Shown piece by piece: positions 41,582 through 52,674 of a DNA stretch of 64,000 nt (its first letter is position 1; each line of letters begins with the position of its first letter). The notes under the pieces are model-generated. The model saw only the letters and a list, made by a program, of their open reading frames with translations. It searched no databases and was not told where the DNA came from. The stretch is from Eledone cirrhosa. Its lineage: Eukaryota. Both the position numbers and the translations under genes were made by a program. Location: the NCBI GenBank assembly GCA_964016885.1, contig OZ024740.1, forward strand, positions 305,660,001-305,724,000. Direction: 5' to 3'.

Positions 41582-41815
41582 ATCTATATTAAAACTTTTA
41601 TACTCTGCAATGTATTGAGTACCTTACTTACTGTGGTTACCTCCGATTCAACCCGGAATAACGTATATATATATATATGTAAAAGTTATATTTAATTTGT
41701 TGGAATTCCGACAAACATAAATGTTTATAACTGATAGTTATAAACACTCAACAAGTTACTGGAGTAAATATTCTAAGATATTAATAGATGGAAACTATAT
41801 TTATAAAACCATATT

Positions 41816-41880
41816 TATTTTATTATATATATTTCAAGGGCGACCAAGCCAATGTTGGTGCGCTTTCATCAGATAAAATA
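41816..41880 (-). ncRNA. Type I hammerhead motif (family C)
   Basis: Minus strand TATTTTAT CTGATGA aagcgcaccaa cattggc ttggtcgccctt GAAA TATATA TA ATAAAATA. Confidence 0.76.
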
Positions 41881-41996
41881 CAAAATTTGTTTTATAAATA
41901 ACGACATACCCATGGAAATCAACCTTAATGGTCGGAAATTCGCTGGATAGTATCCAGCGAATTTCCGAACGTTGCATTTTATCTGATGAACCGTGT

Positions 41997-42061
41997 ATTT
42001 TTATCTGATGAAAGCGCACCAAGATTGGCTTGGTCGCCCTTGAAATATATATAATAAAATA
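41997..42061 (+). ncRNA. Type I hammerhead motif (family C, inverted arm)
   Basis: atttttat CTGATGA aagcgcaccaag attgg cttggtcgccctt GAAA TATATA TA ataaaata. Confidence 0.75.
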
Positions 42062-42434
42062 AATATGGTTTTATAAATATAGTTTCCATTTATTAATATC
42101 TTGGTATATATATATATATATATATATCCACTGATTGACCTCGATGTCACGTGATTGATTCTTTTTGAATTTGCCCCCGACGCAGTAGGCAGTGATTTTC
42201 TCAATGGCTAGGAATTCAGTCCACGCTTTGCTATTTTCTATCCACTGAATTATTTTTGTATAAGTTCCCAGAGGCCCCGCTTTGCCTGGAAACTTAGCTG
42301 AGAATAGACTTCCCTGACAACGAAATGATTCTTTATATTTTCTTCGGAAAGTATATTTATTCCATTTCAGAAACTAATTAGTTGGGAGTGAAACTTTAGT
42401 AAGTAAGTTAATTTTATAATTTTCTTATTTTACG

Positions 42435-42495
<61 letters not shown>

Positions 42496-42515
42496 TATAT
42501 ATATATATATATATA

Positions 42516-42594
<79 letters not shown>

Positions 42595-42758
42595 ATATAT
42601 ATAAATTATTAGTACAGATAAAAAGTTTGACTAGTAAATCACTGCTTTCACCCTAAGTGTGTTCTTCTAGAACAGTTTCAGAAGATCCCGCTTACGGTGA
42701 AAACAGTAATTTATTGCTTAAGTTTTAATCTGTACTAATAATAAAAATTTGCTCTACA

Positions 42759-42810
<52 letters not shown>

Positions 42811-43048
42811 TGAAAAATAGAGCGAGAAACGGGACTGTCCATCATCAGTGATCTTCCGACTATCATCGATATTTCTTCGCATTAAAGACCAGATACCTCA
42901 AAATCAGTGAGAGCAATAACTAAAATAACTTATTGGGACAGAGCGAATTGGGTGGAGAAAGGGGGACAGTAAACAAACAAAAGTAGTAATGTAACGTAAA
43001 GAGAGGAAATGAGAGACAAGTCAATGATACATGTGAACTTAAGTTCGA

Positions 43049-43099
<51 letters not shown>

Positions 43100-43476
43100 G
43101 CAAACATCACGGGCGCCCTATCTCAAAATTATTTTTGAAAAGCATTAGAAATGCGCAACCGGTAAAACTTAAAACCAAAACTGAATACTAACCAATACTA
43201 TTACTAATTTTTACTTATTCCTAATTAAACTATTTTTCACTGGGGACAATTTGTCAACATTTTCTTTTCCGTTTACCAATATATATATATAATGGGGTTT
43301 AGAACCCTCAGATAAATGGAAAAAGATGAGTATTGACGTCAATACTCATCTTTTTCCATTTATCTGAGGGTTCTAAACCCCATTATCAGACTAAAATTTC
43401 TTTAGTCAAAAATACGGTGAAAGCTATTCTATTTTCTAATTTCAAAGCTGCTCACTGTTTCAAAACATACTTATTG

Positions 43477-43834
<358 letters not shown>

Positions 43835-44390
43835 GTACAAAAAAACCCGCGATAATATTGCTTTTGCTGAACTCCTTATATTGTAGAGTTTTTTTCGGAA
43901 TGTTTTTGACTGTTATTTCATGTAAACAGACATTCATCTCATTCTGACGTCACCAGCCCTGTCTCTACATGTGCGTTTTTCTTCATAATTACGCATGATG
44001 TTGAACTAGCCTGCTTTAAAATTCCCTTTTTGGCATATTATAAACAGTGGTACTTTGGTTATCGCGTCTTTGAGCTCTGCTGATGATCGATTCCAATCGT
44101 GACCATCCCCACTGAAAGTTTCGTGAAATAGTCTTTTAAGACTATTGTAGTTTTTCCAAATTGAAGGATGAGTATTTTAAACTTTATTTTATTCTGAGTT
44201 AAGGCTCTATTGATTTTTCCCTGGATTTCACCAAATTCTGTGGATGAATCTATATCCTGATTCTTTTTTAAATTGAGTTTGAATTACTTTCCTACATCTT
44301 ACGTTAACTATTTTTCCATTTTGACGCTATAGTCACTTATATATTATGGAATACTGTTGGCTTCTTGCTACAATAATTTCTATACCTTTC

Positions 44391-44439
<49 letters not shown>

Positions 44440-44469
44440 TAGATAGATAGATAGATAGATATAGATATA

Positions 44470-44843
44470 GATTCCTTTTCAGTTTGGCCGGCAGATTTGA
44501 TTTCCATATCTTTTCCATTGCATTCAATGCACCCCAGGCTTTTCTCAGTCTGATGTTAACATCATGTTCTGTGGAGGCGATATAGCTACCCAGGTATTTG
44601 AAGTCGTCAACTTGCTTGATTATATCGCCGTTTAGACTTCGCAGCAAGGAAGAAATACCAGGTTATGGAGTCCATCTCATGGAGCAAGAAACGCTGGTCG
44701 TCCCAAGAAGACATACGTCAAACAACTTGAAGACGATACTGGATGCACTGCGGAAGAACTGGCGAACGTTGTGAGAGACAGAGATGGATGGAGGAAACGT
44801 GTCGTAGAAAGCCGAGCAAGTTCGACCTGATGATGATGATGAT
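44470..44843. mobile_element. RTE-clade LINE 3' fragment with inverted 5' part
   Basis: Minus 44470-44648 encodes RSLNGDIIKQVDDFKYLGSYIASTEHDVNIRLRKAWGALNAMEKIWKS (RT thumb region). Plus 44640-44830 encodes RSKEEI../LWSPSHGARNAGRPKKTYVKQLEDDTG...DRDGWRKRV...*, then a (TGA)n tail. Confidence 0.85.
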
Positions 44844-45014
44844 ATAGATATATAAATAAATATACACGGGTGTGTATGATTGTGTATAGAAGATTATATT
44901 AATAAAAGGAATTCCAACTTTGTCTGATTTACTCGTTTTATTTATAATCCTTTAAAATGTATAATGATATTAGAATGAAATAGTATGGTAGAATATTAAA
45001 TGTTAAGTGTTAAT

Positions 45015-45053
45015 TGAACAAGTACTTTCATGCTTTCGCAATCTTCAGGTTCA
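45015..45053 (-). ncRNA. Minimal type I hammerhead motif (family D)
   Basis: Exact reverse complement of the 23325-23363 motif. The flanking ~44910-45085 aligns with 23290-23600 once the SINE inserted there is removed. Confidence 0.75.
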
Positions 45054-45832
45054 TATTCTGTGGTAACAATCAAGTTTGCAATTTGCAACTGTAATGAGAT
45101 GGGTAAATTTTGTGCCTTATATACAGTGAAAAGCGGCTACAGGATGCAAACTGTATTTCGACCAATCGGTGTGTAGTTTCACTGGATTACTAAAGCTAAT
45201 TGGTAAAGGCGTCACGGTTGGTTGAGCATGTCTAACGACTACTGTTTGACCCTATCCAAAGCACCAATTGTTTTGCTATTTTTAGAAATGATGAAAATAG
45301 CATTTTCTAGTAATCATCACCATCAACATCACTTTATATTATTATTATTGTTGTTGTTGTTGTTAGTGGTGGTAGTCGACATGACACGGTCGTAGTCATA
45401 GTCATAGTAAGGGTAACATCCCATTATTATTGTCCTTTAATGATGTTAGATTACTAGAAAATGCTATTTTCATCATTTCTAAAAATAGCAAAACAATTGA
45501 TGCTTTGGATAGGGTCAAACAGTAGTCGTTAGACATGCTCAACCAACCGTGACGATAGAGTTTTGACAATATAACAACTAAATAACCCTCCGGTTACTAA
45601 ACTACCCGATAAATGGATTAGTCACTCAATTAATAATAAACTGAAGTGAAACTCAACTGGGGTGTATGTGTTATTAGCAGCATGTGTGTGCGTTTATTAT
45701 CAAACAATATTGTTTGAACACACGATTATACATAAAAATCTTGCAAAACAGTAGACCACTGATGATGGATAGTCCTGGCTTCTATTTATAATTCTTTATA
45801 TATGTATTATATTTGCAACACAGCTCGCCATT

Positions 45833-45895
<63 letters not shown>

Positions 45896-46643
45896 TGTGT
45901 ATATATGAAAAATGGCGAGCTGTGTTGCAAATATGATACATATAATAAAGAATTATAAATAGAAGCCAGGACTATCCATCATCAGTGGTCTACTAGCCAT
46001 CATAGGTAGTTCTTCGCATTACAGACCATATACCTCCGGCTAGAGCAATACAATAACTAAATTAAGTTATTGGGATAAAAAGAGTTGGGTGGAGAAAGAG
46101 AGTCAGGTAAACAAACACGAATGGTGGGGTAACGTAAAGAGAGGAAAAAAATGAGAAAATCAAGTCAATGATTCATTTTGAACATAAGAACGAGAAGGCA
46201 AAAGACACATCTTGGCCGTGCGAATGTCAGCGAGGAAAGAATTTGGTACGGTGTGGGACGATGGAGGAAGTGAGAGAGAGGGTGAGTAGCAGAGAGTGAG
46301 TGAGTGAAAGTGTGAGGAAGAGGCTAGCCGAGAGAGGGTGACTAGCAGAGGGGTGAGTGAAAGTAAGAGGGAGAAGGAGAGAGAAGGGGGTGAGAGAAAG
46401 AGGATAGCAGTAAGGGAAGAGAAAAAGAAAGGTCACAGCGAAGGGGAAAGCATATATGAATGAAAAATGGCGAGCTGTGTTCTTGCAAATATGATATATA
46501 TAATAAAGAATTAGAAATAGAAGCCAGGATTATCCATCATCAGTGGTCTACTAGCCAAACAAAACAAGACAATTATTCCATTTACCAAAGGTTTCACGAA
46601 GACAGCCGAGCTCAACAGAGACGTCTGAAATCGTTCATAAAAT

Positions 46644-46716
46644 TTCCATTCTGATGAACGATTTCAGACGTCTCTTTTGAGCTCGCCTGTCTTCGTGAAA
46701 CCTTTGGTAAATGGAA
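46644..46716 (+). ncRNA. Type I hammerhead with extended stem II
   Basis: TTCCATT CTGATGA ACGA-tttcagacgtctcttttgagctcgcctgtct-TCGT GAAA CC ttt GG TA AATGGAA; perfect 7-bp stem I, GUA triplet. Confidence 0.78.
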
Positions 46717-46851
46717 TAATTGTCTTGTGTTGTTTATTACATAATTAAATAGCTCTGTAGCATACATAAAGCACTCTCCCTTCCTTTACCCCTTTTACGG
46801 AAATACTTCATATATATATATATATTAATTATATGTAGGAACACATACTTT

Positions 46852-47002
<151 letters not shown>

Positions 47003-49832
47003 TATACGCACATATATATACATATATACTTATATATATATATATATACTTATATACCATTTATTTTAGGTTGTTTACCAATGGGTAGAACTGTGATTCC
47101 GGTTAGTAACCGGTTAGATACAATAAATTACAGCACTCTACGTTATGCAAATCATCCATCGTAGATGTGGTATCCTGTGGCTTGTGCAGCAACTGAGTTA
47201 AGTATTCATTAAAATCAACAGAAAACCGGACTGGAAACTTTCTTTAGAGTTTTAATTCCGCGAAAACATTATACATATTTCAATGGCCCAGTTACATCAT
47301 ACGATCATGATGCGAGACTCAGGCGATTTCATCGGGTGTTCATTGCAGAATTAATTATATAAGATAAAAGGATTACGGCGAACACAAACAGAGAATAGAA
47401 AATAGAGAACTGATATGATTTGGGGATGGCCTGTCAATTTGGTGTTATTGTAACATCAAACGATCCCCTAACCATTCGGAAACTGGGCCATTGGAATATG
47501 TATAGTGTTTTCGCAGAATTAAAACCCTAAAGAAAGTTTCCAGTCCGGCATTCTGTTGTTTAAAAAAAAAATGTTTATCTTTGACTTCTATAGATGTTAG
47601 TTCCATTATGTGTTGAAGTATGACATGTAAAGATTTTATTATTTATTTGTGAGGATATTTAACTAGCGTCTTTTCTAAATATTATGTGTTACAGTTCGTT
47701 GACTCTGTTTTCGTTCTCCATTCACTTCAACGGGCGATAGCTGGTTTAAGTGACCATCTGGTTTTATCGTTTATTTTATTCTGAACTCTTCTTTAAAATA
47801 TCTCCGACTTCACTAACCATAGCTACAGGGGCGGTAACTCGGGTCTGGCTACTTCATCACGTAATGTTATATAAAAGAGGTTCTTGTTATAATTTACAGC
47901 TATCCACAGACATATCTTATTGTCAATCTCACATATAGTGACCACTTAATCCGTTTAATTTCCACGATGAAACGGTCAAATGATTCTATAAGATGTATTG
48001 ACGGGTCTTAGCACTACAACACAAGAGAAACAATTCCTTCGCTGCGGGGGAGGAAGTTGAGTGGTGTTGGATAATCTTGATATCAGGAACTAAATCAAAG
48101 TTTGTCTCCATTATAGGCAGAATTCTTCTAGAGGAGCTAAAAATACGTAAATATGTTTTCGCCTCACTAGTGAATTAGTGTGAAATTCAGGGAGGTTTTA
48201 TCGTCTCACAACATGTCTCGGTAAATGCCACTGGGCCTAAATTGAAGGATAGTGTTTGTGTATACGAAGGATAACATTGAACGTATTGTGTGAACTTGGT
48301 TGTATTTGCTTTAAATTGACTCAGCCAGGACTGAAGAAAGAGACGACAGCCGCTAGGATGTGTAAAGTGTGGAGGTGGAGGCGAAGGATACTTTTAGCAA
48401 CGAAAAACATTTCCAAACAATTGAAGCAACATTTCAATCGTGTTTGGCTGGCGGGTCTTTTCATAAACATTGAACTCCCACCTCACTCCATTCTGGTCAA
48501 TCGATCTTTGCCTTTTCTCATAGCCTTAATCTTACTTTATATTGGTTGGCGAGAGATGCTAGAAGAACATAATCATTTGCTTTGTGTAATAGTGAACTTC
48601 ACGAGACAACATCAATGTAAATGAAACTACAAATAAGAAAGAAAAATACACACACACATACACACATACATCTTCAGAAAATCGAATTACCAATACAGAC
48701 ATAAAGTTGTTTAGTATCAGTATAGAGTACAATAATTTTTCTATCTAGTAATTGGTAACATGAATGGATAACTACTACAAACAACTATTCTCTCCAGCAG
48801 ACAAGGGGTCTGGCTGTTTCTTTAGCTGTTATAACGACGTATGCCTTTCTTATTAATCTTAGATAACAGTTTAAACAAAGGGATAACCGGCGATAAAAAA
48901 CTAAGTTAGTCGTTTTTCCAGAATCCCATTGATCCAAGGGAGCGGTGCTTATCTCCACAGTGTTAACCAGATGTAAATATAAATCTCTCTAGACTTCTGA
49001 ATAAAGTTCTGATCTAGCACAGACAATATTTTAGTGTTGCAGACCAACGAATGAATGACTCGGCAATTCTACAGTGCTGTTATTACTTACAAAAATTATT
49101 GGCCACGACTACTACGATATTTAAGTGGATCTTGAGTCTTTTGTCTACAGATATAAAATAACAACGGTGGATGTATACGAACCACTGATTCTCGATTGGC
49201 TGTCGACTCGGTTACAGTGAAGAAATTTAATGTCAAGGTACTTAGTAGCGTTAAATATGTGATAGATAAAATAAATCTTCTCTGGGTAGGACAACAGTCA
49301 ATTGTGGGTAATACTACCAGCAGATCTGGTATTTATTCCCAACAGCTAAGTGGACTCAAATTAGTGTAGGATTAAGTGTATTACCCAAATAAACAATTGG
49401 GCCATATAACAGGTCAGCTAGCTGGACATCAATTGTTATATCGTCTAGATATACATTAATAAGATGTCAATATTCCCTGTTGAGCTTTTCCTTTACTATT
49501 CAGTTCCTCAGAGAATGATGGACGAATGAAAAACAATGTTGAAGTCGGTAAGATATGAACACAGAATGCAAAATAATAAAATGAAATAATGTAATTCATT
49601 TTAATCCAATGCCACAACATTTCTGTAAAACTTACCAGTCTGTTAATTATTTAGTTTATAAATTCATTAATGATTTATTTAATATTATATTTTCAAATTT
49701 CTCTTTATGTTCAGTTTTTCATAAATCCTCCATATCCTGTCTTGTTAAGTTAGTCTGGTGCTAATGTAACTGCAACCGCTCTCATGATATAGATAATGTA
49801 GCCTAGTGCTAATATAAATACGATTGGTTTAG

Positions 49833-50050
49833 GATGGTGGGTTGACATAATTGGTAGAGCGTCGGATAACATAGCATTGCGGTATTTGTTCTGGTTCTTA
49901 CCATTCTGAGTTGAAATCCTACTGAGTTCATCTTTGACTTTCACTCTTCCGGGGTTAATAAAATAAAGTACAAATCAAGTACTAGAGTCGATTCAATCAA
50001 CTTGAACCTTACCCCAAATGTGCTGACCTTGTGTCTAAATTAGAAATCAA
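49833..50050 (+). mobile_element. Older SINE copy
   Basis: Diverged head and central domain. Confidence 0.7.
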
Positions 50051-50699
50051 TATAAATACGAACGGTCTAACGATATAGTGAAGTTAGTCTTATGTTAATA
50101 GAATTGTAACTGGTATAATAGCATAATGAAGTTAGTCTGATATTGATAGAATTGTTACGAGGCTAACGATTTAGTAAAATTAGCTTCTTACAAATAAAAC
50201 TTAAATTGGTCTGGTAAAATTGATCAGGTTATAATAGAAATACAGCTAGTGTAACAACGGAGTAAAGTTAGACTAGTTCAAATGTTGTAGTTATTTAGCA
50301 CAGGTCAGCGCTGATTGAGCAGATTTATGGTCAAGGGCATTCCACCTTAAGTTCAGATATAAAATATCGAGGCCAACATTGTCTGATGCGTCATATTTTT
50401 TTAAAGATTTGTGATTTGTCGGAAATGAGAATACTTTTTGAGCAAGACGAGTGACTTCGTAGAGTTTCCATGGGTGGCTCGAGAACTTCAGTTGGTTTTA
50501 GGATTTGGCACAGCTCTACGTTAATTCCCCATACCAATATAAGAGAATTTCAATTATACCGATAACAGCTTTAGAATATGTTAACCATATCGTTAACAAC
50601 CAGGCTAACTTTACTATACCGTGGGACTGAGAACTAATAATCGTCTAACGATGTGGTAAAGTTAGCCTGGTGTTGATAGAACAACAATTGGTTATTATT

Positions 50700-50792
50700 A
50701 CTTTGCCTTTCATCCTTACGGGGTCGATAAAATAAAGTAACAGTAATGTACTGGGATAATTACTGGCCTTGTGCCAAACGTAGAAACAATTA
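50700..50792 (+). mobile_element. SINE 3' half
   Basis: Central domain and tail of the major family. Confidence 0.78.
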
Positions 50793-51814
50793 TTACTATT
50801 AAATCCTAATTCAGACCTGATCGAACAAATCTAGGTTAAAATATTCCAGCCGTGACCATTCAATATTTGTCCTTTGTTCAAGTAACACCGCACAATGTAT
50901 CACCCAATGTGTTTTTTCTAATACAACAGATCTGAGGGGTATTTGGACTGCTATTTCTAGCAGACCGTACAACACTATAAATAGTTCGTCTCGCTATCTT
51001 GTTTCCTTCGTTTATTTGACTACAGTAGGTTTAATGATACAGTGAATCTAGTGACATAGTGATACAATTGCAATTGGTTATATTTGTTGATTAGTTCCAG
51101 ATCTGACCTAATAAAGCAGACTTATAGAAAAATAAAATGATCCAAGCATGACCATCATGTATTTTTGTACATCTATGAACTGTAATGAAACTACAATTGG
51201 TTTAAAATTCACAGGATAATGTCCGCAAAAAAAAATGAGAGTAAAGAAAAATAGCTGTGAGTCTGGCCTGAATGCTTGCATCTAAGAATCCTCAGCTAAA
51301 GACACTCAAGGACCAGTATATGTTCAAATAACTTGATAAAAGTGACATTTTGGGTAGGACTTTATGATTTTTGTTGCTTCTGACTTATTAGAGCAGGGAC
51401 TTAATGAGTCAATTAATTAATCATCAAGAAATCGAAGAAAATAAGAAACATCTACATTCTTGGTGATTAGATATCTTGGACAGGATGAATGGAATGGCGA
51501 TATAGGTGTAAAGCAGACGACACAATTATCATTGATAGTATAAATTTAACTAACGAAACTAAAAAAAAAAAATGCAACAGTAATCATAGTTATAAAGCGA
51601 TATTTGACTATAATTCCGATATTAAGATGTCCAATAAACTATACAAAAAGCATGGGAGATCGGTAATTGAGGAGTGGAGACGAGTGAACTTTTATCTACG
51701 AGTTATATAAAGGATATTTTTCTTGGATACAATTTTGAATGTGTGAAAATGAAGGTTTTTGAAATGACATCATTGGTGTCTGTCTTTACTCAGTTCTCTC
51801 TTATTAATTTCTTT

Positions 51815-51902
<88 letters not shown>

Positions 51903-52674
51903 TCTCTCTCTCTCTATCTATCTATCCATTGATCTCACTCTATCTTTCCATCTCCTCCCCTCCCTTCTCTCTATTTACCTATCTATGTAATGCTATATAT
52001 TTCCCTAGTTCTCCTTTATTTCTCATTAAGATGTTGTTTTGTATGTTTTCTTTACGAGTATTTTAATAAACAGCATCTTCTCTATATCATTGGTTTCAGA
52101 TACAACAACAACAATATCAACTACAAAATAACTACAATAACAACAGCAGTAATAAAAAGCTGCAGGTGATTTGTGGGAACAGAAGTTCAGTGGCACAGAT
52201 GATAATTGTAAAATTAAAATTAATAATAATAATAGTAATAATAATAACAATAATAATAACAAGAACAACAACAACAGCAGCAGCAGCAGCAGCAAAAATA
52301 ACAATAATAATGATGACAATTATGATGCTGCTGATGATGGTGAACAGATTTTGCTCCCTTCAGAATATCTTGAGCACAACCTAGATCTAGCTAAGCTTTA
52401 CAATGGAATATTTACCAAAGAATAGTCGTCTGTTCTTTATCCCCTTCTTTCCTTTACACTTTTTTTTCCTTAGCCACCTCAACACACGTCCTCCACCGTC
52501 ATCCACGTCCATCCACTCTCATCCACCCCCTTCTCTAGCACAGCTCCATCTCTGTGTAATGGTATCACTCCACTTAGGAAAATAATTACGTAGTGGGCCC
52601 ATTACCTTCCAATAATGGATGAATCACTTTAGAATCATTGTGATCATATATTGTTGTTGGCGGTTATAAACATT

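Larger units (their letters stand above)
41456..41665 (+). mobile_element. Short PLE-like/retrozyme-like element with 5' fold-back (family B)
   Basis: Hairpin 41456-41590 carries two head-to-head HHRs, followed by a tail ending ...acccggaataacg into (TA)n. 41532-41665 differs from 21298-21431 by one substitution. Confidence 0.7.

Noticed and set aside
48256-48624. 122-aa plus-strand ORF in unique sequence
   Set aside because: No recognisable motif or splice support; may be old repeat-derived sequence.
50518-50580. Minus-strand EILLYWYGE, resembling the PR/SET motif ELLVWYG
   Set aside because: Bounded by stops within ~21 codons, no upstream NCAR/EQNL motif and no good splice sites.
52335-52385. 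Minus-strand fragments CA..RYSE..EQNL, resembling the PR-domain NCAR..EQNL motif
   Set aside because: Needs two frameshifts within 30 nt and the flanks do not resemble PRDM14; probably chance.
52099-52425. Possible plus-strand N/Q-rich exon after tttcag
   Set aside because: Low-complexity AAT/AAC/CAG repeats, no recognisable protein, frames close quickly.
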